From a virus (lineage: Duplodnaviria; Caudoviricetes): DNA of 64,000 bases. Positions 48,001-56,581 of the stretch are shown here, piece by piece. Below the pieces are notes generated by a model that was not told the DNA's origin, did no database searches, and worked only from the letters and a program-made list of their open reading frames with translations. Made by a program: the position numbers and the translations under genes. Each line of letters starts with the position of its first letter. Within the stretch, counting starts at the first letter, position 1. The stretch lies in the IMG/VR virus record IMGVR_UViG_3300028275_000007; one strand, written 5' to 3'.

Positions 48001-50354
48001 GTAGTGCTACCTGTGCTACCTGCAAGTTGTGCGGTAGTAATTTGAGTTTCAGTATTTCCAGTTGTTGGAGTAACAGAAACGTTAGTAATAATTTCGTCTG
48101 TAATAGCTTGTAGACGTGTTAATGTTGCAATTGTTTTTGCTTTGTCGTTTGTAGGAATAATCTTTCCACGAGGACTAATTCTTGCAGAACGTAGTTCGTC
48201 ACCAACAATGGCTGTATTTGCCGGTACGTGCATTGGAAGAACTTCATAGTACTCACCAGTTTTTACGTTAACTGTATAATTTGGAAGGTCCTCTAACGGC
48301 ATTCCGGCAGTTGTACCTGCGGTAACTGCATCTGTAATAATTGCTGCTAGGCTTACACAAACATCTTCTGCATCAGTTTCTGCTGTGTAGCTAGTATCGA
48401 TGATCTGTTTTGTCTTAGAAGAAACACCGTTTAATGTTTGGTAGTTTGCCGCTGGTGCTGTATTTGCTAAAACGCTTTGTAATACAGTAACACCGTAGTT
48501 GATTGCAGCAACTAATTGATCGTCTTCGTCTTGAATTGCAGTGATCAATGCTGTTCCTGCTGCGTTGAAGTAAGATTCAGTTGCTTCGCGAGTTTTTACG
48601 TTACCAGTATGTGTTAGGTCATAGATAATTGCGTCTACAATTAATCCCATATCACGTTCACATAGTGCATCGTTATCGTTGGTAAATCCAACCCAAATAC
48701 CTGTTGGATGTGCAATCTGATATTTCACCCATTCAGCAATTTCACGTTGAATGAATGTTCTATTCATTTTTAATAGATATGCTGCGTTAGGATACTCTGT
48801 TCCTGCTTCTACTTGTTCAAGAGCATAGCGAACGCTAGCCCAAGGTTTATCTAAAGTTGTTCCGTATGTTGGCGCAGGAGAATTTGTACCGCCTGGTGCA
48901 ACATAGAATACATTTTTAACTTGGCCAAAATATTTCCAAGTTGGAAGTCCTGAATTAACTGTTAATACTTGTCCTTCATCACCGACTGGCAAACGTGTTG
49001 GTCCAGCGCCGGAGTAGTAAACTAAATCACCGATTGATGTTAAAACACTTTCTTCATTACCAGCTGTTAATAGATTCCAATATGTGCCGGTGATATCATT
49101 ATCTGGTCGATCAGATCCTGTAGTAGCGGTGTGCGCTTGAACGCAAATATAGCTGTTTGGTCCGTACTTAACAGCGTCACCAAGTACGTATACAGAGCCA
49201 TTTAGCCAGTTTCCAGACCAATTAATACCTTCATTTAATTTTGACCAATATGATCCGTTTGGTGGTTTATGATTTGTACCATCTGCTGTAGCAACATAGG
49301 TGTAGCCGCCTAGTCTAACAATTTGTCCTACGCGATATGCAGTACCAGCATCCCAGTCACCAATTAACGTAAATCCGGTTGTGAATAAATCGTAATTTGT
49401 TGAATCATTAGATGGTGTGTCTGATGCTACTAAAGAATTCTTAACAATGTAAGTGTTTCCACCGTATTTTACTATGTCGCCTGGTTGATACTCAGTTGTC
49501 GATGCCCATTCACCTTTGAAGGAAACACCTTCGACAAATTGATTCCAGTTTGAGTTATCTGTTACAAAGTTTGCTGATGTGTGGTCTGTAACACAGATCC
49601 ATAATCCGCCGCTAGATTTAACTACATCGTTGACTTTGTATCGAACAGCAGATAACCAATCACCTTTATATTCGATGCCTCTGTTAAAATAGTCCCACTT
49701 GCCTTGATCGTTTTCTAGTCCTAATGAAACTGTAGCAGCTGATGTGTGGCCTTCATTACAAACGTATGTTGTTCCGCCATATTTGACAATGTCACCAATT
49801 TTATATTTTTCGTTGGTGCTCCAATCGCCCTTCCAGTCGTTGCCTTTGGTAAAGACATCCCATTTTCCTAAGTCAACTTCTAACCCGTCAGTGGTTGTTG
49901 AAGCCGATGTATGTGCTGTATTACATAGGTAAACATATCCGCCGTATTTTACTAGGTCATTAACTTTATAAACAGTATTTGTATCCCAAGATCCTGTCCA
50001 ATCAAAACTTTCCGCAAATAAATCCCAATCACTTTGGTTAGTTTCTAATACAGAGCTTGAAGTATGGCCGTTGTTACAAATATAAACATATCCGCCGTAT
50101 TTTACAATATCGTTTTGTTTATAAAGTGTAGTTGCTGTCCAATCACCTTTCCAAGATTGTCCATCGCTAAATTGGTTCCAACGTGCTGGAATATTTTCTA
50201 AATCTGTATAAAAATCTGCATCTGCGGTGTGACCAATAACGCACACGTAGGTCTTACCACCGTAAGCCACGATATCATCTTTGTAGTACGAAGTACCGGT
50301 TGCCCAGTTGTCTTTCCATACAAATTTAATTCTACCTAGTTTAAATTCAGCCAT
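42060..50354 (-). CDS. Giant tail fibre/spike A (2764 aa)
   Basis: 8 CBM5/12-like repeats, beta-helix-like segments, 4 phycobiliprotein-like repeats, two beta-propeller blocks; C-terminus shared with 50402..55870. Confidence 0.8.
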   Translation of the reverse strand: MAEFKLGRIKFVWKDNWATGTSYYKDDIVAYGGKTYVCVIGHTADADFYTDLENIPARWNQFSDGQSWKGDWTATTLYKQNDIVKYGGYVYICNNGHTSSSVLETNQSDWDLFAESFDWTGSWDTNTVYKVNDLVKYGGYVYLCNTAHTSASTTTDGLEVDLGKWDVFTKGNDWKGDWSTNEKYKIGDIVKYGGTTYVCNEGHTSAATVSLGLENDQGKWDYFNRGIEYKGDWLSAVRYKVNDVVKSSGGLWICVTDHTSANFVTDNSNWNQFVEGVSFKGEWASTTEYQPGDIVKYGGNTYIVKNSLVASDTPSNDSTNYDLFTTGFTLIGDWDAGTAYRVGQIVRLGGYTYVATADGTNHKPPNGSYWSKLNEGINWSGNWLNGSVYVLGDAVKYGPNSYICVQAHTATTGSDRPDNDITGTYWNLLTAGNEESVLTSIGDLVYYSGAGPTRLPVGDEGQVLTVNSGLPTWKYFGQVKNVFYVAPGGTNSPAPTYGTTLDKPWASVRYALEQVEAGTEYPNAAYLLKMNRTFIQREIAEWVKYQIAHPTGIWVGFTNDNDALCERDMGLIVDAIIYDLTHTGNVKTREATESYFNAAGTALITAIQDEDDQLVAAINYGVTVLQSVLANTAPAANYQTLNGVSSKTKQIIDTSYTAETDAEDVCVSLAAIITDAVTAGTTAGMPLEDLPNYTVNVKTGEYYEVLPMHVPANTAIVGDELRSARISPRGKIIPTNDKAKTIATLTRLQAITDEIITNVSVTPTTGNTETQITTAQLAGSTGSTTAVSSVIANAAEIKDIVANGLGSANAYVYPDPTGYDTGYFNARRLILANKAFLVSEVSAWINAQISGNISPFVGFVYGGTGQTKCERDVGYIVDALVYDLTYGGNLATQIAARSYYSNGVFVETGEKSQALAVQLRIKDIIDNIAQGNTAGWTKTTGLTQDVSGTPGSLAAAQFAQARIQEMYDTINTGTEPTTIAPSTAWVATALVTAKTVLDAAKSSIQADAVQYIKREYPTLNFNTTTCSRDVGYMIDALGYDLMFGSNFLSIQNGMAYYRGLESTGIVLTSQKTETLAIIDFISKKASFAAASGAVVQADLLWTDIINYANTGTSPIIIGTNLPNTDVNVINGGKILELNKEFMVAEATAYIANTFKATVTASTGGTDTFTCSSQTWMVAGDAVVFTGTTFGGVTTSTTYYVLASGLTATTFKVSTSLDSTTPVDLSTATGTMTVKYSYNQASCENDVRNYITAISQDLMYTGNYNSTRAARYYRSALTGSRLEWMFYVRNGCGIRNQTLFGLDGSSDGNISGAGSYPDGLYEANEFGTRRPVAGAYVSLDPGWGPNDDRVWVTTRSTYVQNVTTFGTGATGQKIDGSLHAGGVDSIVSNDFTQVISGGIGAWVTNLGRAELVSVFTYYSHVGYLAENGGKIRATNGNNSYGDFGSVAEGVDVTEVPVLGQINNRASEANVRSVLTDGQQILAYEFGNAGTDYTEATFTTSGAGYGVTTVANEFRDGAVFNVRLTDPGDSSGIGGVGYVTAANLAQDGNTTQITLAAADTSSSAAYVGMRIDIIAGTGAGQYGYINTYSAGSKIATIYKPSTGTAGWEHIVAGTPIEAALDVTSSYVITPRLTFTAPPFTKTVADITTSAAWADVVYGDGYGAYTGLSATGGTGSLATFDVSRRRGVYTVELVVPGALYTAGDTLTISGALLGGTSPANDVTITVETVNSPSGSISYITSSGTAISDKYVAVGTGVAAYSLDGVTWTSVTMPTAASGGGGEPNNQWSSIAYGAINGVSFYVAVAKASATGAYSRDGINWTASSLSEVADWCDVAYGNGSFVAIAASDSSSAFRALSTNATSWSINTIANGAVAIAYGGSRFVEIEGNFSNSVAYSASGAAWTVTTLPSNDDSTESNWVDIAYGNGRFVAISDSSAMAAYSFNGATWYKSNLPGLYEWSSINYGQGVFYVTSKGEYSATSPDGVTWTLRDGSTASLNATSTAKNKISTAFTESTALTSGTWTDVIYTGSSFYAVGYSGSAGLYAYSTNGTSWTNSTLPTVNSTYEYTSIAYNGTNQYVAIIGGNGGTRNIAYSSNGTSWTGQLNALSGNAYWKQVIWAGDRYIALRGDGAAVNYSTDGTTWTNSAVTSGSSEMSSVAYGNIGGTNYIVTVSGYSTGSQTSSYSTNGGVSWTSGNTLPSSSYWSSVTFGNGKFVAVAGSSGTPTTKAAYSTNGTTWTAATMPGAAANWNKVVYASTGYVAFAYGSSRTAYSEDGITWVEGPAQATSRNWGPAAYGGTTLVSAATGTTYASKATFVLNTNYVTTSSTTNLRAGDKVKFTGTTLGGLISGSYYYITSVPSSTEFTVSTTQGGSNVVLTTGSGTSAFLASRDFVASALGNYNADPRWVVLATGTAGVQNIRQGATTRARAYVSPDNQITEIWITEPGSGYVTPPTMTITDPNNTGSDATSTVRVGNGAIAQPMFTNRGTGYTAASADISGNGYADNYQVSTYVSFKNLDGVPKAGANVQIAGIDDVWYRLVNVTGLIPNGDGTYNATLQLSPALGAAEAPEHEAAVTIRRRYSQVRLTGHDLLDIGTGNIISSNYPGLPLVDPVPAQEYRLSEGGRVFYTSTDQDGNFRVGGLFNVEQATGIATLNADAFNIAGLNELSLGSVALGGSGATITEFSTDPFFTADSDSVVPTQRAIKAYITSQIGGGGSSLNVNTLTAGVIYIAGQTIATTTNVAININTKVNFKGGIVGDALVLNYFLLNN
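46530..48795 (-). repeat. Four phycobiliprotein-like helical protein repeats
   Basis: LCERDMGLIVDAIIYDL, KCERDVGYIVDALVYDL, TCSRDVGYMIDALGYDL, SCENDVRNYITAISQDL. Confidence 0.65.
49080..50330 (-). repeat. Eight CBM5/12-like (chitin-binding type 3) repeats in fibre A
   Basis: W.G.W...T.Y...D+V.YGG..Y.C...HTS eight times. Confidence 0.75.
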
Positions 50355-50401
50355 TTATAGCTCCATATTATTCTTAATCATATTTATCTAAAAAAATTAT
50401 C

Positions 50402-53400
50402 TCACGATTTTGTAAAATAATTCAATGCAAGTAACGTACCGTCTACTCCTCCGGTAAAGTTTACCTGGCTACCAAATATTAACTCATCTCCGCTGGTTGT
50501 AGATATTAGGTCTGGACCAATAGTTACAACACCTGCAGTCAACGATCCAGTGGTAGCATCTGAACCACCTCCTGAAACTCTTGCAGTCAAGTATGCTTTA
50601 ATTGCTCTCTGTGTAGGAACAATGTTATTACTGTCAGCGATAAAAGTTCTGTCTGTTGAGAATTCTCTAATAACTGTTCCAGAACCGCCTACAGAAACTC
50701 CACCTATTCTAATTTCTTCTAGACCTTCTAACTGGAAGAATTGTGCGTTTAATGTTACAGTACCTGTAGATTGTTCAACAGCAAATAATTCTCCGCAACG
50801 GAAATTACCTTCTTCGTCAGTTGATGTATAGAATACACGACCTCCGTTGGCTTCATATACCTGGTTTTCAGGAGATATTACTGACCCGTTTGGATTTAGT
50901 GTATCTGGATAATTTGTTTGATAGTAGTTTCCTAGACCAATTTCTAAGAAATCGTGACCTGTTATGCGGCATTGTGAATACAATTGTCTAATTGTTACAC
51001 CGGTACCGTGTTCAGGACTTTCTTCTCTACCTAAATCTTTAGCAATTTCTAATTGTGCTGTATAATTTCCGGTAGATCCTCCTAACACAACAGCTCTCAA
51101 CAGTTTATATGTGTAGTCGTTAATACCTGAAATATTAACGTTATCGCCCGGGCTTGGAATTCTATCTAATCCCTGTACAACTAGATATCCGCCTATTTGA
51201 TATTCATCTTTGTATCCGTCGCCAGAGACTGATACTCGTGTACTGGTTGTTTCGTATCCTTCACCTGCATTTAGAATGGTTGGGTTTCCTAAAACTCCGT
51301 TGCCTGTTCTTACCTGTACAAATACATCTGTGTCTGCATTTGGATCAACAATAGTCATAACCGGAGCAGAAGTATAACCACTACCTGGTTCCCAAATTGT
51401 TAATGCAGTCATTCTTCCGGCTACCACATATGCTCGTGCTCTAGCTGTGGCTCCTGTCTGTACAGATCTAACAATTGTAGAGTTTGCTGTAAGTCCTGCT
51501 AATACTAACCACTTTCCTGGTTTTGTATTTGCGCTATAGGTTACAGAACACCACGGAGATGAAGTTCCTAATGATTGGTAATTCCACAATACACCGTCTC
51601 TAGACGTTGCACATACTGTAGTTCCGTTAGCGACTGCAAAGAATATGCCCTGAGCATATGTAATTTCTCTCCAATCTTGTGCTTGAATAGTTTTTTCTGT
51701 CCAGGTAATACCATCCCAACTTATAGAAACTTCAGTTGCACCGGCATATCCTCCAGACAATGCAACAAATCTTCCGTTACCGTAGGCTAAAGAATAACTT
51801 CCCTGAGTGATTGAACCTAAGGTCCAGGTAATTGCATCAGAACTGTATGCTACTGCTGCTGAAGTAGAATCACTTAATGCTGTAGTCACATACTTGCCCT
51901 TACCATAGGCTACAGAATTCCAGTCAGCGCCTTCAGGAAGAGTAGATGCTATCCAAACCGATCCGTTTGTACTATAAGCAGCCTTAGTGCCACCGCTTGC
52001 TACAGCTACCCATTTTCCGTTACCGTAGGTAACATCACGCCATTCAGCAGTCGAAGGCATAGTCATTGATGACCAATTAATTCCATCAGTTGACGAAGCT
52101 GCGCTGCCGTTTGAAGCAAATGCCATAAAAATACCATTTACATAACGAACTCGAGTCCACAATGCTGAGGAAGGTAATGTTGTAGTATCCCAGGTCACAC
52201 CATTATCTGTGGTATATGCTACAGAATTTGTATCCAACGCTACAGTCACAGCAATTTCATCGCTGGCTGCAATGCTAGACCATTGTCTATTGGCTGGTAA
52301 AGTTTTAGCAGAACTACTAAAACCAGGACTACTCAAAGTTACTCTTGGTTCTATAAAATAATTTGTTGACTTATCTAGTGTAGGTTCGATGGCTCGACCT
52401 TCATCTAAATGTTCCCATCCTAATTGATGTAAGGTCATTGTGCCTACACCATTTACTAAATTAAATGTTGCTCCCGGACCTGCTGTGTCACTTATTGTAA
52501 TCGATGTACTGCTAACAATAGTTTTTACATAATAAACAGTCAATGATTCAATATTTCCGTATGTAGTTCCAGTAAACATTATAGGATCATTAACAGATAA
52601 TGCTGAAGTAGATCCTACAGTAACTCTCATTCCAGAGGATGATGTTCCAGTTACTGCAATAGAACTTGTTGATTCTTTAGCAATGTAAGCATATTTTCCA
52701 GTTTCGTCAAAGTCAGCAATATATCCATACTGTCCTGTGCCTGTTCCTCTTCCGATAACTAATCTTAGTCCTCTGTAGGCTTCAGCAGTTTCAATGTCTG
52801 AACCAGCTAACTGTATTGACACAGTATTTCCGCCTTGTGAAGAATTAGTAATAAATTTATATCCAAGGCCGCCTTCAGCAGACGAGTCTCCTGGATTAGC
52901 GATTCGAATTTCTTGTACACCGCCGTTTCTAAATTCATCAACTTCTACAGAAGCATTAATACCTGATCCAGTAATTGTAAATGTTCCGGCCGTGTATTCT
53001 ACACCTGCATTACTAAAGAACATTTTTTGAAGACCACCTTCGTCGTTGATTAATGTTTGATAAACGTCTGCATCATAGTATCTATTGTTAACTGTTGCTG
53101 TAATAGGTGTTTCAGCAATATTATATCCTTCTGAAACTGCACCTAATACTCCGTATGAACAGTTGCCGTTAGCAGCTCGAATTTTTCCACCGTTGGTTGC
53201 TAGGTAACCAATATAATTATAATATGTAAACACTGAAATACATTCAGTTCTTCCTGTGCCGTTGGCCCATACACCGATACCATCGCTGATAACCTGTGTA
53301 AAGTCGTTGGAAACCATAGTTTGATTTCCGCCAGAGTGTAGGTTTCCGTCAATCTTAAATCCAATACAGCCAGTACCAAAGGTTGTGCAGTTTTGAATAT

Positions 53401-55870
53401 ACGGAGATCTTGTTCCTACCCAGGCCGATTCGTCTGAAGGACCGTATCCAGGATCTAAACTAACAAATGCACCAGCAGTTGGTCTGCTGGTTCCGTATAC
53501 GTTAGGAGCACTTAGAGTTCCCTCTAATCCTCTCATGGTCATATTTCTAATACCGGCAGCGTCTCTGCAATAGAACATATTGCTGGCTTTATTGGCTGTA
53601 AAATCTGAACCGTTAATAAAGAATGTTGAAGCTTCTACTGTTTTATAATTTCCAACATACAAAATGTCGTATGCAAGAGCATCAATAATTCTTTCAATGT
53701 CAAAATCCCATCTATCAGGCAATGGCATTAATAGTGGATTAGTTTCTTGAACATATCCTGCAACCTGGGCTTTTATAAATTCATAATTGTTTTCAATCTG
53801 CGCATTTGCGTTTATATTTCCTGCCGCAGCAGATGGTGTATTTGTACTGCTTATCGATACATTATACTGCGTTTCAATTCTATTTTTCAACATTTCAATC
53901 AATGTTGTTAAAGAAACAATCTGTAAATTTTCTGCTGCTGATGCTGTAAAATCTTGAAATATATCTGTATTGTATAAAAGAACATCGGGTTGATCAACAA
54001 TAGTTTCACCTACTGCTACACCTAATACAATTCTAGAAATTAAAGGTTGTAGATAATCTAATGCTGACAAGATTAAACTAATATAATCTGAACTAAACGG
54101 TGTGTCTGCTGGAAATACTGTCACAGATCTAATGTCATCACCAACTAGTGCTACATAAGGCTGTACTCTAATTGGTAATATTTCTGGATAGTCGCCTGTT
54201 CTAATAAAAATTGTAGAATGAATAGGAACATTTTCTGTAGCGTATCTGATGGATCTCCATGCGCTTTGAGGACTTGTTCCTCTGTTAGGGCCGTCTATCC
54301 CTTCTGGTGAAACAAAGAATACATTCTCTGAATTTAATAGATATTTCCAAGCTACTTCGCTGTTATATGCTGTAAGTGCTTGACCTTCTTGGTCTACTGG
54401 TAATGCTTTATAACCAATTGTACTTCCATCACCAGTGTCGCCAAATGTTCGAACATCGCCTACATTTTTTAATCTATTAATTCTATTACCGTCGGTAACT
54501 TTTTTCCAATATCTTCCTAGCAAAGAACTATCAACTAAGCCATCATCATCGGGTCTATTCCCATTATCAGAAATGTGTTTATCTAAACAGGTATATGTAC
54601 TGGATACCCATACAACAGTATCTCCAGCAATATAAGTGGTATCAGGAGCCCATACTCCTCTCCACTTTATTCCTGTGGTTAATAAATCCCAGTATACAGA
54701 ATTAGTTGTGCTGTTGTCGTCTAAAAAGTCTGGGTCTTGATTTGTATTATCTAACAAACAAGAATAAACATTTCCTCCACGTCTAACAACATCTCCTAAT
54801 AGATATTGAGTTGCCTGGTTCCAATCGCCTCTCATTTTTAAACCAGTATATAATAATTCCCAGTTAAATGGTGAGAACGGAGGTTCTTGATTGGTGTGAA
54901 TTCTTAGAGATTTATATAAATGACCACCATAACTTACAATATCACCTATTTGATATAATGTAGTTTCATCCCACTGAAGGTCATACTCGTTACCTGGACA
55001 GTATATGTCAAACTGTTCTGACCCAAACACAGATTCCGATGTGTGGAATGTGTTTGCAATATAAAGATATGCACCGTATTTTACAACATCATTAACTTTA
55101 TAAATTGTAGAAGATTGCCAATCACCTTTGTACTCTGTTGACTGATGTAATAAAGTCCACTTTCCTTGATCTTTAGGTAATCCTAATGTGTCAGTTTCTG
55201 CAGAAACGTGAGGAATTTGACAAATGTAAACATTTCCGCCGTACTTTAAAATATCCCCAAATCTATATCTGGTATTTGTTGACCAACTATCTCTCCATGA
55301 CTGAGAAATAACTACCTCTTCCCAAGATGATTGACTTGCTTCTAATCCTTCAACTATTGTTCCTGCTGAAGTATGAGACAGTACACATCTATAAACTTTT
55401 GCCCCATATATTACAATATCATTTATTCTATAATATGTACCAATAGACCAATTAGTTCTCCAGTTCGTAGACGAAATGTATGTTGTCCATTTTCCAGAAT
55501 CAATTTCAAAACCAGATTCTAAATTTGCAGTTTCAAGTTCTGGAAATTTTGAGGTATGGGCTTCTGTACAAACGTAGGTTACGCCGCCAACGGAAACAAT
55601 ATCACCAACTTTATAATATACATCATTAGTCCACGCTCCTAGCCAACTTGTGCCGTCTGCTACTAATTCCCACTTTGGAGATAAAACAGGAGGTATATCG
55701 CTGTTATAATAATTTAAATCGTAATAAAAATCTGCGTTTGATGCATGAGATTCAATACAGTTATAAACTTTGCCGCCAAAACTTACAACATCATCTGGGT
55801 TATATTTGCTGTGAGCACTCCATACACCTCTCCAGGTATATTTAAATCTGCTTATTTTAAAATCTGCCAT
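50402..55870 (-). CDS. Giant tail fibre/spike B (1822 aa), paralogue of fibre A
   Basis: MADFKISRFKY.W versus MAEFKLGRIKF.W; 8 CBM-like repeats; propeller; shared GGRVFYTSTD...VPTQRAIKAY C-terminus. Confidence 0.8.
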   Translation of the reverse strand: MADFKISRFKYTWRGVWSAHSKYNPDDVVSFGGKVYNCIESHASNADFYYDLNYYNSDIPPVLSPKWELVADGTSWLGAWTNDVYYKVGDIVSVGGVTYVCTEAHTSKFPELETANLESGFEIDSGKWTTYISSTNWRTNWSIGTYYRINDIVIYGAKVYRCVLSHTSAGTIVEGLEASQSSWEEVVISQSWRDSWSTNTRYRFGDILKYGGNVYICQIPHVSAETDTLGLPKDQGKWTLLHQSTEYKGDWQSSTIYKVNDVVKYGAYLYIANTFHTSESVFGSEQFDIYCPGNEYDLQWDETTLYQIGDIVSYGGHLYKSLRIHTNQEPPFSPFNWELLYTGLKMRGDWNQATQYLLGDVVRRGGNVYSCLLDNTNQDPDFLDDNSTTNSVYWDLLTTGIKWRGVWAPDTTYIAGDTVVWVSSTYTCLDKHISDNGNRPDDDGLVDSSLLGRYWKKVTDGNRINRLKNVGDVRTFGDTGDGSTIGYKALPVDQEGQALTAYNSEVAWKYLLNSENVFFVSPEGIDGPNRGTSPQSAWRSIRYATENVPIHSTIFIRTGDYPEILPIRVQPYVALVGDDIRSVTVFPADTPFSSDYISLILSALDYLQPLISRIVLGVAVGETIVDQPDVLLYNTDIFQDFTASAAENLQIVSLTTLIEMLKNRIETQYNVSISSTNTPSAAAGNINANAQIENNYEFIKAQVAGYVQETNPLLMPLPDRWDFDIERIIDALAYDILYVGNYKTVEASTFFINGSDFTANKASNMFYCRDAAGIRNMTMRGLEGTLSAPNVYGTSRPTAGAFVSLDPGYGPSDESAWVGTRSPYIQNCTTFGTGCIGFKIDGNLHSGGNQTMVSNDFTQVISDGIGVWANGTGRTECISVFTYYNYIGYLATNGGKIRAANGNCSYGVLGAVSEGYNIAETPITATVNNRYYDADVYQTLINDEGGLQKMFFSNAGVEYTAGTFTITGSGINASVEVDEFRNGGVQEIRIANPGDSSAEGGLGYKFITNSSQGGNTVSIQLAGSDIETAEAYRGLRLVIGRGTGTGQYGYIADFDETGKYAYIAKESTSSIAVTGTSSSGMRVTVGSTSALSVNDPIMFTGTTYGNIESLTVYYVKTIVSSTSITISDTAGPGATFNLVNGVGTMTLHQLGWEHLDEGRAIEPTLDKSTNYFIEPRVTLSSPGFSSSAKTLPANRQWSSIAASDEIAVTVALDTNSVAYTTDNGVTWDTTTLPSSALWTRVRYVNGIFMAFASNGSAASSTDGINWSSMTMPSTAEWRDVTYGNGKWVAVASGGTKAAYSTNGSVWIASTLPEGADWNSVAYGKGKYVTTALSDSTSAAVAYSSDAITWTLGSITQGSYSLAYGNGRFVALSGGYAGATEVSISWDGITWTEKTIQAQDWREITYAQGIFFAVANGTTVCATSRDGVLWNYQSLGTSSPWCSVTYSANTKPGKWLVLAGLTANSTIVRSVQTGATARARAYVVAGRMTALTIWEPGSGYTSAPVMTIVDPNADTDVFVQVRTGNGVLGNPTILNAGEGYETTSTRVSVSGDGYKDEYQIGGYLVVQGLDRIPSPGDNVNISGINDYTYKLLRAVVLGGSTGNYTAQLEIAKDLGREESPEHGTGVTIRQLYSQCRITGHDFLEIGLGNYYQTNYPDTLNPNGSVISPENQVYEANGGRVFYTSTDEEGNFRCGELFAVEQSTGTVTLNAQFFQLEGLEEIRIGGVSVGGSGTVIREFSTDRTFIADSNNIVPTQRAIKAYLTARVSGGGSDATTGSLTAGVVTIGPDLISTTSGDELIFGSQVNFTGGVDGTLLALNYFTKS
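54500..55845 (-). repeat. Eight CBM5/12-like repeats in fibre B
   Basis: Same consensus as in fibre A, eight copies. Confidence 0.75.
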
Positions 55871-55874
55871 TTAA

Positions 55875-56246
55875 TTATTCCTCTGATGAACCTTCGTCAT
55901 ATGTATAACCATTGTTTATTCTAGCAACTAATTGCCCCTCATCATCAATATAATAAAATATTGCTCTATCGTCCCAACGATATTGTTGATATTTTAAATT
56001 TTGATACTCAACATTGTGGTTTACATCAATGCCTTCGTAAAAGTCCACTCCAATTTCAAAACCATTAAAATTTTCTGTTTCGTCGCCGACTCTGTTAATT
56101 TCAATTGAATCGTTAGATCTCATTTGATCATTTCGTTGTAAAAATAAACTACCGTTTTCGTTTTTTCTAATACCGTAAAAAAATCTAGGAGTATCGCCTA
56201 ATCTTGTTAACGGGTCTGTACCTAAATAATAATTTGAATTAGACAT
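55875..56246 (-). CDS. Hypothetical tail-associated protein
   Basis: 123-aa ORF coupled to the adaptor gene. Confidence 0.65.
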   Translation of the reverse strand: MSNSNYYLGTDPLTRLGDTPRFFYGIRKNENGSLFLQRNDQMRSNDSIEINRVGDETENFNGFEIGVDFYEGIDVNHNVEYQNLKYQQYRWDDRAIFYYIDDEGQLVARINNGYTYDEGSSEE

Positions 56247-56578
56247 TATGATATCTCCACGTAACTTACAACCACTGAAATACTATCAGCCTGACTGCTG
56301 GTAATTCGTAATCCGCAAAATTCCGGCAATATTAATTTTTCACCGTTGGTTATTATTTTTGCAGAAGTATTTGGCGGTATAGTTAAACCTTTTATGTAAT
56401 AAGCTGGTACGCTGTCTGAACCTGTTACAAACACATCAACATTAACTGTATCATAATCAGTAATATTTGCAATATTGCAGCCGATTACAGTTGCTCGAAT
56501 ACCTGCGTCAATAGTTAAAACATCGTTTGGTTCGGTCCCTAACGAATTGTGTGTAACATTTTTAAATAGTGTTGGCAT
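56246..56578 (-). CDS. Small beta-sandwich tail adaptor-like protein
   Basis: MPTLFKN...ATVIGCNIAN...VDVFV...YYIKGLTIPPNTS...GEKLIL. Confidence 0.6.
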   Translation of the reverse strand: MPTLFKNVTHNSLGTEPNDVLTIDAGIRATVIGCNIANITDYDTVNVDVFVTGSDSVPAYYIKGLTIPPNTSAKIITNGEKLILPEFCGLRITSSQADSISVVVSYVEIS

Positions 56579-56581
56579 TTT

